Source: Planctomycetota bacterium (GTDB lineage Bacteria > Planctomycetota > B15-G4 > SIAN01). From it: a stretch of 64,000 bases of DNA. The notes beneath the pieces are model-generated. The model saw only the letters and a list, made by a program, of their open reading frames with translations, did no database searches and was not told the origin of the DNA. Position numbers and translations under genes: made by a program. Location of the stretch: contig JANNXA010000050.1 of NCBI GenBank assembly GCA_031409275.1, positions 207,682-271,681 of the forward strand. Reading direction: 5' to 3'. This document shows positions 10,006-18,652 of the stretch, piece by piece (position 1 is the first letter of the stretch; every line of letters starts with the position of its first letter).

Positions 10006-11336
10006 TGCCGGCGCTGCGACTGGCCCGCTTCAAGGAGCGGATCCCGACGGGGCTCGCGCTGCGCCGCGAAGGGCGCATCCGTCGACTCGTCGGCATGACG
10101 CTCGAGGCGGAGGGGCTTCCGGGCGAGATCGGCGAGCTCTGCTTCGTGCAGGGCGCGCACGGCGAAGTGCCCGTCGAGATCGTCGGTTTCCATGGTGAAC
10201 GCACCACGCTGCTCCCGCTCGAGCGGCTCGACGGCATCGCCGATGGCGCGCTGGTCGTCGCCACCGGCGGTCCGTTCTGCGCACCGGTCGGCACCGCGCT
10301 GCTCGGCCGCGTGATCGACGGCCTCGGGCGGCCGCTCGACGGGAAGGGCGAGCTGCAGGACGTCGGCCGCCGCCCGCTGCTCGCGCCGCCGCCCGATGCG
10401 ATGAGCCGTCCCAGCATCGTGCAGCGCTTCGAGACCGGCGTGCGCGCGATCGACCTGCTGAACACGCTCGGAGAGGGACAGCGCGTCGGCATCTTCGCCG
10501 GCTCCGGCGTCGGCAAGTCGACGCTGCTCGGCAAGATCCTGCGCGAAGCGAAGGCCGACGTGACGGTGCTGGCGCTGATCGGCGAGCGCAATCGCGAAGT
10601 GCGCGATTTCGTCGACAAGCAGCTCGGCGTAGCCGGACTGCGCCGCGCCGTGGTGGTCGCCTCCACCTCCGATCGCCCCGCTCTGCAACGGCTGAAGGCG
10701 GCGCACCTCGCGGCCACCATCGCCGACCACTTCCGCGACGAAGGCAAGCGCGTGCTGCTGGTGATGGACAGCGCGACGCGCTTCGCGATGGCGCTGCGCG
10801 AGGCGGGGCTCGCTGCCGGCGAGCCACCGACCACGCGCGGTTACCCGCCGTCGCTCTTCGCCGAGCTGCCTCGATTGGTCGAGCGCTTCGGAACCAGCGC
10901 CAAGGGCTCGATCACCGCATTGCTCACCGTGCTGGTCGAAGGCGACGACATGAACGACCCGGTCGCCGACTGCTTGCGCGGCCTCCTCGACGGCCACCTC
11001 GTGCTGTCGCGCACGCTGGCGGAACGCGGCCACTATCCGCCGATCGATCCGCTGAAGAGCCTGTCGCGTCTCATGGACCAGGTCAGCGGCGCGCGCCACC
11101 AGGCCGCCGCGCAGAAGCTGCGCCACTGGCTGGCGCTCTACGAGGACCACCGCGACCTGATCGAGATCGGCGCCTACCGACGCGGCAGCGAACCGATGCT
11201 GGACAAGGTGCTGGAGAAGCTGCCGCAGATCCATGCGCTGCTGAAGCAGGCGCCGGACGAGCGCGCGCCCTTCGACGCCGCGCTCGCCGCGCTGGTCGCG
11301 CTGACCGAGCCGACCGAGCCGAGGAGCTCGCCGTGA
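10005..11336 (+). CDS. fliI: Flagellum-specific ATPase FliI
   Basis: TGATG overlap at 10005. GIFAGSGVGKSTLL, LIGERNREV, GEPPTTRGYPPS, DGHLVLSR. Confidence 0.96.
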   Translation: MPALRLARFKERIPTGLALRREGRIRRLVGMTLEAEGLPGEIGELCFVQGAHGEVPVEIVGFHGERTTLLPLERLDGIADGALVVATGGPFCAPVGTALLGRVIDGLGRPLDGKGELQDVGRRPLLAPPPDAMSRPSIVQRFETGVRAIDLLNTLGEGQRVGIFAGSGVGKSTLLGKILREAKADVTVLALIGERNREVRDFVDKQLGVAGLRRAVVVASTSDRPALQRLKAAHLAATIADHFRDEGKRVLLVMDSATRFAMALREAGLAAGEPPTTRGYPPSLFAELPRLVERFGTSAKGSITALLTVLVEGDDMNDPVADCLRGLLDGHLVLSRTLAERGHYPPIDPLKSLSRLMDQVSGARHQAAAQKLRHWLALYEDHRDLIEIGAYRRGSEPMLDKVLEKLPQIHALLKQAPDERAPFDAALAALVALTEPTEPRSSP

Positions 11337-11779
11337 AGAAGAGCGGGCTGGCGAGCTGGCACAAGCTGGTCGACGCGCAGGTGCGCGAGCGCAAGCTCGC
11401 GTTGGCGCGGGCGCGGCAACTGGCGGCGCGCTGCGCCGACATCGAAGCGGTGCTCCTCGGCGAGAGGGCTCGGCGAGACGAGGAGGAGCGGCGCCTGCGC
11501 GCGGCGGGCGAGCTGCCCGACTTCGCGCGCGAACGGATGAACGTGCTGCTCGAGCAGACACTCGAGCGCGCACGCGACAAGCTCGCCGCCGCACGCGTCG
11601 GCGAGGAGCGCGCGCTGGCCGGGCTGCGCGAGGCGTGGCAGCGCGCGACCGCGGTGGAGCGACTGCTCGACCGCCGCCGCGAGCGCGACGCGACGCAGCG
11701 GCTGCAAACGGAACAGAAGGAAATCGATGAGGTCGCGACGCGGCGTGCCGCCGCTTCGCTCACGGAGACGCGGCGATGA
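11333..11779 (+). CDS. fliJ: Flagellar export chaperone FliJ
   Basis: 148-aa coiled coil directly after fliI, ending ...EQKEIDE. Confidence 0.8.
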   Translation: MKKSGLASWHKLVDAQVRERKLALARARQLAARCADIEAVLLGERARRDEEERRLRAAGELPDFARERMNVLLEQTLERARDKLAAARVGEERALAGLREAWQRATAVERLLDRRRERDATQRLQTEQKEIDEVATRRAAASLTETRR

Positions 11780-12501
11780 AGAAGCTGATGCCTTGGCTGC
11801 GATTGGGTGCGTTCTGCTTCGCGCTGTTCGGCATCTCGGCGTTGGCCGTGCTGCTCAAGCAAGGGCGCTTGCTGCAGCACGAGAAGGGGCCCGACGAGCA
11901 GGTCGGCGAGCACCCCGAAGGTGAGCCCGAAGAGAAGGAGGAGGCGGTGAAGGCCTCCCTTGGCGGCAGCACGAATCCCGCCGCCGGCACCGACGACGCC
12001 AAGCGCGCGAAGTCGCTTGCGACCGGTCGCGCGCTGTTCGACCTGCCGGCACCGATCTCGATCGCCGAGGCGAGCGACCTGCTGAACGAGCTCAAGCGGC
12101 AGAAGGCCGACAACGACGTTCGCCGCGCCGCGCTCGAACAGCGCGAGCGTGAAGTCGCGGCCATGGAGAGCGAGATCGAGACGCGCCGGACCGAGGTGAT
12201 CAAGCTCATCGACAAGCTCCAGCTGAGCACGCCCGTCGCCCCTGGCGACGCCGCCGAAGAACCGCTCGATCCGAAGGCGCTCACGGTGCTTGCCGGCATC
12301 GTCGCGTCGATGCAGCCGGATGTCGCCGCGCGTTGGTTGGAGCAGACGGAGGCCGGCAAGGCGGCGATGATCCTGCTGCGGATGGAAGAGGCGAAGGCGG
12401 CCGAGGTGCTGGCGCTGATCGCGCCCGACAAGCTCCTCAAGCTCACCGACATGCTGCTGCGGACGAAGGTGGACACGGACGCGGAGAGCGACGGCGGCTG
12501 A
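11776..12501 (+). CDS. FlbB/MotE/YlxF-like protein (TM, coiled coil, MgtE-N-like repeats)
   Basis: N-terminal TM, coiled coil, then IVASMQPDVAARWL...ILLRMEEAKAAEVLALIAPDK. Same position as ylxF/flbB after fliJ. Confidence 0.8.
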   Translation: MKKLMPWLRLGAFCFALFGISALAVLLKQGRLLQHEKGPDEQVGEHPEGEPEEKEEAVKASLGGSTNPAAGTDDAKRAKSLATGRALFDLPAPISIAEASDLLNELKRQKADNDVRRAALEQREREVAAMESEIETRRTEVIKLIDKLQLSTPVAPGDAAEEPLDPKALTVLAGIVASMQPDVAARWLEQTEAGKAAMILLRMEEAKAAEVLALIAPDKLLKLTDMLLRTKVDTDAESDGG

Positions 12502-12504
12502 CCC

Positions 12505-12532
12505 CGTCGACCGGCGCGCGCGTCGGTCGATG
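12505..12532 (+). terminator. GC-rich hairpin after the first flagellar operon (possible terminator/processing site)
   Basis: CGTCGACCGGCGC-GC-GCGTCGGTCGATG stem with G-U pairs. No U-tract. Confidence 0.35.
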
Positions 12533-12562
12533 ACGGAGAGGAGCGGCGGTCCGGCGCCGCTC

Positions 12563-12575
12563 GGAACGAAGTTCC
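12563..12575. promoter_or_regulatory. GGAA-N5-TTCC palindrome upstream of fliL
   Basis: GGAACGAAGTTCC. The same pattern recurs upstream of flgF, fliC1 and fliD. Confidence 0.6.
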
Positions 12576-12766
12576 CGCTTCTCCTCAAGCGTGGGCCGAT
12601 CGTCGTCCGATAGGTCACCCGGCGCACATTCCGGCCGAGCGGCTCACCCCGACCGGTCAGGGAACGACGGGCGTCTCCGGAGGGGGAAGCGCGCGACGCG
12701 TGCAGGAACCGCATTGGCATCTCGACGGAAGCGTCGGCGCCGAGCGCTGACGCAGGAGATCGGCAG

Positions 12767-13345
12767 ATGTCCGAGGCCGAAAAGAAAGAACCAGCCAAGG
12801 ACGGCGCCCCAGCCGCCCCAGCCGCCCCAGCCGCCCCAGCCGCTCCGAGCAAGCTCAAGTCGCTGCTGCCCTATCTCCTCGGCGGCCTCACGTCGATTGG
12901 ACTCGGCCTCACGGCCGCGATCGTCACCGCTCCCGTCCACAGCGATCCGACGGTGATCGAGGAGCACGAAGAGCCGCCGCCGACGCCGCTCGACTCCTTC
13001 CTCCCGCCTTGCAAGATCGCCCTCGGCGAGATGACCGTGGGGCTCGCCAGCGCCGGCAAATCCTCCGGCGCGAACATGAGCCTCGTCCTCGAGGTGCGCG
13101 TCAAGGACCTGCTGAAGCAGAAGGAGATCGAGGAGGGTTGCGCCAAAGGCGGAGGGCTCGCCGCGCCGGTGCGCGATGCGCTGATCACGCTGATGTCCGG
13201 CAAGCAGGCGACCGACCTCAAGTCCCCGCATGGCCATCAGCTGTTCAAGCTCGAGGTCCTCGACAAGCTTGCGCCGATCCTCTTCCCCGACCAGGCCGAG
13301 GGCGCCCTCACCGGCGTCTACTTCGAAAAGTTCCTCGTCGAATGA
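12767..13345 (+). CDS. fliL: Flagellar basal body-associated protein FliL
   Basis: N-terminal TM, EMTVGLAS, PVRDALITLMSGK, GVYFEKFLVE. Confidence 0.88.
   Translation: MSEAEKKEPAKDGAPAAPAAPAAPAAPSKLKSLLPYLLGGLTSIGLGLTAAIVTAPVHSDPTVIEEHEEPPPTPLDSFLPPCKIALGEMTVGLASAGKSSGANMSLVLEVRVKDLLKQKEIEEGCAKGGGLAAPVRDALITLMSGKQATDLKSPHGHQLFKLEVLDKLAPILFPDQAEGALTGVYFEKFLVE
12805..12843 (+). repeat. 9-bp tandem repeat (CCAGCCGCC x about 4) encoding a PAA linker in FliL
   Basis: gccccagccgccccagccgccccagccgccccagccgc is directly visible. Confidence 0.8.
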
Positions 13346-14379
13346 AAGGCCCCGCGAAGAGCTACGACCTCTCCACGCCCGCGCCGCTCCCTCGCGAGTC
13401 GGCGCGCCGGCTCGAGACGCAGCGCGAGTCGCTTGCCGAGGAGATGCGCATCCACGTGCGCCGCCTCCTGCGGATCCGCACCGAGGTGTCGGTCGGCGCG
13501 GCCGACGTCGCGCGCGTGCGCCACTTCTCGGGATTCCACGACGGCAAGGCGTGGTGGTACAGCGGCGCCAGCAAAGCGGACCCGACCGCACGCACCGTGC
13601 TGCTCGGCTGCGCACCCGACCTCGTCTATGCCGCGATCGACCGCCAGCTCGGCGGCCCCGGCCAGGCCAAGGCGACCGGCAAGGCGCCCACCACCATCGA
13701 GTTCGAGCTCGGGATGCGCTTCCTGCGCGATCTCTTCCTCGGTCTCTCGCGAGCGCTCGAACTGCCGCCGTTGGCGCTTTCGCTGACGCCGACGCGACCG
13801 CTGCCCGAGCCGCTCCTGACCTTCATGCCCGACCTCGAAGAGCCGTTCGCCCGCATCCCGTGGAAGGTGAAGCTCTTCGATCAGGAGCACGAGCTCCTGC
13901 TTTGCGTCTCGCGCCGAATCCTCGAAGCCGCCGAACCCAAGCCGACCGAGAACCAAGGCGGCGCCTCCGAGGTCGATGGCCCGATCGCGGTCACGCCGCT
14001 CGAACTCATCGTCGAGCTGGCGCGCTGCCGGCTCACGATCGACGAAGCCGCGGCGCTGGCGCCGGGCGATGTCGTCCTCTTCGAGCTGCCGCCGGGCGAA
14101 CCGATCGACGTGCACATCCAGGGCAAGGCGCGCTTCCGCGCCAAGCTCGGCACCCACGAAGGCCGCTACGCCATCGAGGTCGCGCAAGTGCTGGAGCCGC
14201 TGGCGCCAAAGAATGCGGCGGTGGCTCCGACGCCACCCGCCGCCCCGGCGGCCCCGGTGGCCACGGCGACAGCGCCTGCCGCGAAGGCTGCCAGCGCCGG
14301 CGCGCCAGCGGGAGGCGGGGGCGGATCTGCGGGAACTCCGCGTCCAGCGGCGGCACGGCCAAAGCCGAAGAGTCCCTGA
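13342..14379 (+). CDS. fliM: Flagellar switch protein FliM (divergent)
   Basis: ATGA overlap with fliL. YDLSTP, AAIDRQLGGPG...PTTIE, and a C-terminal SpoA domain (LAPGDVVLF...KARFRAKLGTHEGRYAIEV). Confidence 0.85.
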   Translation: MKGPAKSYDLSTPAPLPRESARRLETQRESLAEEMRIHVRRLLRIRTEVSVGAADVARVRHFSGFHDGKAWWYSGASKADPTARTVLLGCAPDLVYAAIDRQLGGPGQAKATGKAPTTIEFELGMRFLRDLFLGLSRALELPPLALSLTPTRPLPEPLLTFMPDLEEPFARIPWKVKLFDQEHELLLCVSRRILEAAEPKPTENQGGASEVDGPIAVTPLELIVELARCRLTIDEAAALAPGDVVLFELPPGEPIDVHIQGKARFRAKLGTHEGRYAIEVAQVLEPLAPKNAAVAPTPPAAPAAPVATATAPAAKAASAGAPAGGGGGSAGTPRPAAARPKPKSP

Positions 14380-14380
14380 G

Positions 14381-14848
14381 ATGGCCGACAGCGACACTCC
14401 ACCCACCGACGCGAGCGCCGCACCCGGCAGCGAATCGGGCGCCGGCACGGCGAGCGTCGCACCGGCGCAGGACGAGCCGGTCGAGCCGCAGGAACCGTCT
14501 CTCGCGTCGATCGACGTCTCGAGCCTGGGCGACGAGCCGTCGAGTGCGGCCGCGCAGGTCGCGCTTCCGGAATTCGGCACCAGCCACCCGAGCACTGGCC
14601 AGAAGCACCTCGGCATGCTGCTCGATGTCGGCGTCGAGGTCGCCGCCGTGGTCGGGACGCGCGAGCTCAAGCTCGAGCAGGTGCTCGCGATCCAGCCGGG
14701 CACGATCATCGACCTCGACAAGCACGCCGGTCAGCCGATCGAGCTCTACGTGAACGGCAAGCCGATCGCGCTTGCCGAGATCGTCGTCGTCGACGGCCGA
14801 CTCGGCGCTCGCGTCGTCGAATCGCTCAGCGCCCGCAAGCCGCGCTGA
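14381..14848 (+). CDS. fliN: Flagellar switch protein FliN
   Basis: LGMLLDVGVEVAAVVG...GTIIDLDKHAGQPIELYVNGKPIALAEIVVVDGRLGARV. Confidence 0.92.
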   Translation: MADSDTPPTDASAAPGSESGAGTASVAPAQDEPVEPQEPSLASIDVSSLGDEPSSAAAQVALPEFGTSHPSTGQKHLGMLLDVGVEVAAVVGTRELKLEQVLAIQPGTIIDLDKHAGQPIELYVNGKPIALAEIVVVDGRLGARVVESLSARKPR

Positions 14849-14870
14849 GCGTCGGCGCCGCGCTCAGCGC
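14842..14870. terminator. Inverted repeat between convergent fliN and MFS genes
   Basis: GCGCTGAGCG...CGCTCAGCGC, 10-bp stem. Confidence 0.4.
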
Positions 14871-16279
14871 ACGGCGCGGTCGATCGGCTGGTCCTTCGTC
14901 TCCGGCAACAGCGCTCCACCCACGACCAGCGACATCAGGCAGACGGCGATCGGATAGGCGAGCCCAGCGTAGGCCGCGTTGTCGCCGAACCGCTCGCGCA
15001 CCCAAGGCGACGTCGTCAGCGCGGTCGCAATCAACGGCAGGAAACCGCCGAACCAGCCGTTGCCGAGGTGATAGGGCAGCGACATCGAGGTGTAGCGGAT
15101 CGACGTCGGGAACAACTCGACGAGGAACGCGGCGATCGGCCCATAGACCATCGCCACCCACACCATCTGCAGCGCCACCAGCAGGATCATCCCGACCACG
15201 TTCGCCACCGGCAGCGACTCGACGTTGCCGGTGAAGTCAGGATTCGCCAGCGCCGTCAGCGCGCGATAGATCGGCAGGTAGCTCAGCGCGGCGAGCGCCA
15301 TGCCGGCCAGCATCACCTTCTTGCGGCCGACCTTGTCCGACCAGCCGCCGAAGACGAGGAAGAGCGGCGTGCCGAGCAGCAGCGCACCCGCCACCACTCC
15401 GTAGGCGAGTTGCCAGGAGAGGTGCAGCGTCGCCTGCAGGAACGTGAGCGCATAGAACTGCCCGGTGTACCAGACGACGCCCTGCCCGGCGGTCGCGCCG
15501 AACAGCGCCACCAGCACGTAACGCAGGTTGACCGGGTTGGCGAAGCTCTCCTTCAGCGGATTGGCGACCACGCGCCCTTCGAGCTTGAGCTTCGCGAAGA
15601 GCGGCGATTCGCGCATCCGCAGCCGGATCCACAGCGACAGCGCCAGCAGCACGAACGAGACCAGGAACGGCAGTCTCCAGCCGAACTGAGCGAAGCGCTC
15701 CGGCCCGCACCACGCGCGCGTCGCGCCGATCACTCCGAGCGAGAGGAAGAAGCCGAGCGTCGCGGTGGTCTGGATGAAGCTCGTGTACCAGCCGCGCCGA
15801 GCGTCGGGCACGTGCTCGGCCACGTAGGTGGCGGCGCCGCCGTATTCGCCGCCGAGCGCGAGTCCCTGCACGAGGCGCAGCGTCACCAAGGCGATCGGCG
15901 CGAAGAGGCCGGCGTCGGCGTAGGTCGGCAGGACGCCGATCAGCGCGGTGGCAAGCCCCATCGTCACGATCGTGACGAGGAAGGTGTACTTGCGGCCGAT
16001 GCGGTCGCCGATGCGACCGAAGACCAGCGCGCCGAGCGGCCGCACGCCGAAGCCGGCGCCGAAGGTGGCGAGGCTCGCGAGCAATGCCGTCCGCTCATTG
16101 CCGGCCGGGAAGAAGAGACCGCCGAAGAAGACCGCGAGCGATCCGTACAGATAGAAGTCGTACCACTCGAAGAGCGTCCCAAGGCTCGACGCGAGGATGA
16201 CGCGGCGAATGCCGGCCGCGTCGAGTGCGGGCGAACCGGGACGCTCGACGGCAGCGGCTGAGGCGACGGGTTGAACCAT
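14864..16279 (-). CDS. MFS transporter, metabolite:H+ symporter (MHS) family
   Basis: ASSLGTLFEWYDFYLY, RPLGALVFGRIGDRIGRK, QGLALGGEYGGA, ELFPTSIRY. Confidence 0.93.
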   Translation of the reverse strand: MVQPVASAAAVERPGSPALDAAGIRRVILASSLGTLFEWYDFYLYGSLAVFFGGLFFPAGNERTALLASLATFGAGFGVRPLGALVFGRIGDRIGRKYTFLVTIVTMGLATALIGVLPTYADAGLFAPIALVTLRLVQGLALGGEYGGAATYVAEHVPDARRGWYTSFIQTTATLGFFLSLGVIGATRAWCGPERFAQFGWRLPFLVSFVLLALSLWIRLRMRESPLFAKLKLEGRVVANPLKESFANPVNLRYVLVALFGATAGQGVVWYTGQFYALTFLQATLHLSWQLAYGVVAGALLLGTPLFLVFGGWSDKVGRKKVMLAGMALAALSYLPIYRALTALANPDFTGNVESLPVANVVGMILLVALQMVWVAMVYGPIAAFLVELFPTSIRYTSMSLPYHLGNGWFGGFLPLIATALTTSPWVRERFGDNAAYAGLAYPIAVCLMSLVVGGALLPETKDQPIDRAVR

Positions 16280-16372
16280 CGCGGGAGCTTAGCCCGCCTG
16301 ATTCATGAGCCCCTGCTGCGGCTCGGTCGGTCGCCGCAGCCCGTTCGCGCGCCCGCTCACCCGGCGCGGCGC

Positions 16373-17002
16373 TCAGGCCAGCAACTTGTCCTGCAACGAC
16401 GAGTGGATCAGCAGGAGGCAGCCCTCCTCCGTCCACTGTTTGCCGTGCCGCGAATCACCCTCCACGCGCTCGAAATCACCGCCGCGCATGACGCGCTGCT
16501 CGTGATGCAGGTCGCCAGAGAGGACGAAGCACTCCTCGAAGCCGCCGTGGCGATGAGCCGGATAGCTCGCGCCTGGCTCCATGCGCACCAGCAGCGTCGC
16601 GCGCGCCTGCGCCACGTCGACATGGAGCCGCTTGACGAAGACTCCGGGCCAACCGATCGCCTCGAACTCGCCGCCGTCGTGCCGGATCAGCGACGGGCCA
16701 ACCCCCGCGCCCCACTTCTGCCACGGCTGGACCGATTCCGCCGAGCTCCCGGTCACCGGGATCTCGGCGCGGGCGCGCGCCAGCAAGCGCTCGCGCAGTT
16801 CCGGTCGCGGCAATGACGGCGGCGACGCCAACGCCAGCTCGCCGAGGAAGTGCTGCGCCGCGCGCAACGCCTCCAGCTCGGGTGCCCCCGCCGTCGCGAG
16901 CTCGCGCTCGAAAGCGATGCGCTGCTCGTCCTCGAGCGCACCGAGCACGTACTGCTCCGCACGCCAGCGGAGCTGTTCTTGCTGATTCATGGGCTCGCTC
17001 AT
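16373..17002 (-). CDS. Anti-sigma factor with C-terminal ChrR-type cupin
   Basis: ATG at 17002 overlaps the sigma stop. YVLGAL anti-sigma helix, then cupin LVRMEPGASYPAHRHGGFEECFVLSGDL. Confidence 0.85.
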   Translation of the reverse strand: MSEPMNQQEQLRWRAEQYVLGALEDEQRIAFERELATAGAPELEALRAAQHFLGELALASPPSLPRPELRERLLARARAEIPVTGSSAESVQPWQKWGAGVGPSLIRHDGGEFEAIGWPGVFVKRLHVDVAQARATLLVRMEPGASYPAHRHGGFEECFVLSGDLHHEQRVMRGGDFERVEGDSRHGKQWTEEGCLLLIHSSLQDKLLA

Positions 17003-17628
17003 GCGGAAGCCTCCAGCGCCTGGAGGTGTTCGCGCAACCGCAGCAGGCCGGTGCGGATGCGCGTCTTGATCGTTCCCAGCGGCTGACGCAGATGCGTCGC
17101 CGCTTCCGTGTGGCTCATGCCGAGGAAGAAAGCACAGTGCACCGCCTCGCGCTGCTCTTCGGGCAGGCAGGAGAGCGCGGCAACGATGCGTTCGCGGCGC
17201 TCCGTGAACCAGGCGAAGTCGGCCGGCGCCGCCGCCGTGGTCGCCCGATCGGCCGCCGCGTCGAGCGCGGTTTCGCGCCGCCGCAGCGCGCCGCCTGCCT
17301 GGCGCAGCCGATCGATGGCGCGCGACCGCGCCATGTTGAGCAGCCAGCCGAGCGCGTTGCCGCGCGCACCGTCGAAACGCTTCGCCTCTCGCCAAGCCTG
17401 AGCGTAGGCGTCGAGCGTCGCCTCTTCAGCGCCGCCGTGATCGCGCACCACCTGCAACGTGAGCCCGAAGACGAGCGCACGCGTCGAGTCGTAGAGCGCC
17501 GCCAACGCCGCCTGTTCGCCGGCCGCCATGCGGGCGACGAGCGAGGCGAGGTCGGGCGGCGGAGTCGAAGCGCGTGCGGCCAAATCGAGCACTCGAGGCG
17601 AGGGCGGCGAGCGAGCGTTGGAGCGCAT
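16999..17628 (-). CDS. ECF sigma-70 factor (SigK/RpoE-like)
   Basis: GEQAALAALYD, AEEATLDAYAQAW, WLLNMARSRAIDRLR, LGTIKTRIRTGL. Start approximate. Confidence 0.92.
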   Translation of the reverse strand: MRSNARSPPSPRVLDLAARASTPPPDLASLVARMAAGEQAALAALYDSTRALVFGLTLQVVRDHGGAEEATLDAYAQAWREAKRFDGARGNALGWLLNMARSRAIDRLRQAGGALRRRETALDAAADRATTAAAPADFAWFTERRERIVAALSCLPEEQREAVHCAFFLGMSHTEAATHLRQPLGTIKTRIRTGLLRLREHLQALEASA

Positions 17629-17717
17629 GCCTACCTTCGACGGCGGAGGAGCGCAAGGGTCGCGCCACACCGCCCCGCAGGACGACTCTCGCACGTGCTT
17701 GCGCGAGGGCAGTTCCA

Positions 17718-18545
17718 TCAACGCGCAGCCGCGCCGCCCGTCACGGACGCCATCCCGGGCACTTCGAAGGTCAGCGAAGCCCAGAAGCTCTCCCAGTCGA
17801 GCCGCGTCTCCGCGGGCGCCGGCGCCATGTGGACGCACTTCACCAGCCAGAAACCGCCGTGCGGAAGCGCCAGCTCCACGCGACCGTGCTCATCGCTGCA
17901 CGCCGTGATGGGCGCATCGCGATGGTCACGTTCGAGCGCGACGACGTTCACGCCCGCGAGCGGCGTCTGCCGCCACTGCACCGTCAGCGCGAGCTTCCCT
18001 CCCGCGGCGAGCGGTGCCAGATCGCCCAGGGCCACCAGCTCGAGCGGCAGCCCGACGGCGCGATCGAGCAACGGCGCACCGGGCGTACGCACCAGGGCCT
18101 TGGCGCAGCGGGTGTACTGTTCGAGCCCCATCTTCTGCGACTCGCCGCGCTGCGCACGCTGTGCGACGATCGCGTCGAGCCCCTCTTCCTTCAGGTAGCG
18201 CTCGAACTCCGGAGCGCGCAGGAAGAGGCGCGCCGGCTCGCTTTCGAAAACCAGCGTCGTGGTTCCTTCGGCGCGCACGACGAATCGGCCCAGCGGATCG
18301 CTGCCCGGCTCGCCACCCACGGCCTGCTCGCCTTGCGCGTCCAGCGCGACGAACCGGCGGATCCGACGCGGATCGCGCGTCACGCGATCACCTTGAAAGG
18401 CGACGCCGACCGTCGCCGTGACGGCCACTTCACTGCCGACGGGCGTGCTCGACGTCGCCGCCTCGAGCCACCAGTCATGCGCCGAGGCGCGCGACGTGAC
18501 GATCGCCGACAGCAGCAGCAGTGCAGTCAATGCGCGAAAGATCAT
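17718..18545 (-). CDS. DUF4198 (NikM-like) exported protein
   Basis: Signal peptide ending ASA|HDWWLE; YTRCAKALV, VGLPLELV, WLVKCVHM, WESFWASLTFE. Confidence 0.8.
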   Translation of the reverse strand: MIFRALTALLLLSAIVTSRASAHDWWLEAATSSTPVGSEVAVTATVGVAFQGDRVTRDPRRIRRFVALDAQGEQAVGGEPGSDPLGRFVVRAEGTTTLVFESEPARLFLRAPEFERYLKEEGLDAIVAQRAQRGESQKMGLEQYTRCAKALVRTPGAPLLDRAVGLPLELVALGDLAPLAAGGKLALTVQWRQTPLAGVNVVALERDHRDAPITACSDEHGRVELALPHGGFWLVKCVHMAPAPAETRLDWESFWASLTFEVPGMASVTGGAAAR

Positions 18546-18652
18546 GGTCGGTCTCTCCATGCGAAACGAGAACACCGGCTCCGTCCGCGCGCCACGCGCG
18601 TCCCCCGTGCGCGACGCACGGAACGGAGCCGGCCATCAAACGAGGGCAGAAA

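Noticed and set aside
12585..12613. Sigma28-like promoter TCAA-N17-TCCGATAG before fliL
   Set aside because: The spacer is 2 nt longer than in the other three sites. Possible but not supportable.
12805..12843. Phase-variable repeat in fliL
   Set aside because: The 9-bp unit keeps the frame and only changes a Pro/Ala linker length.
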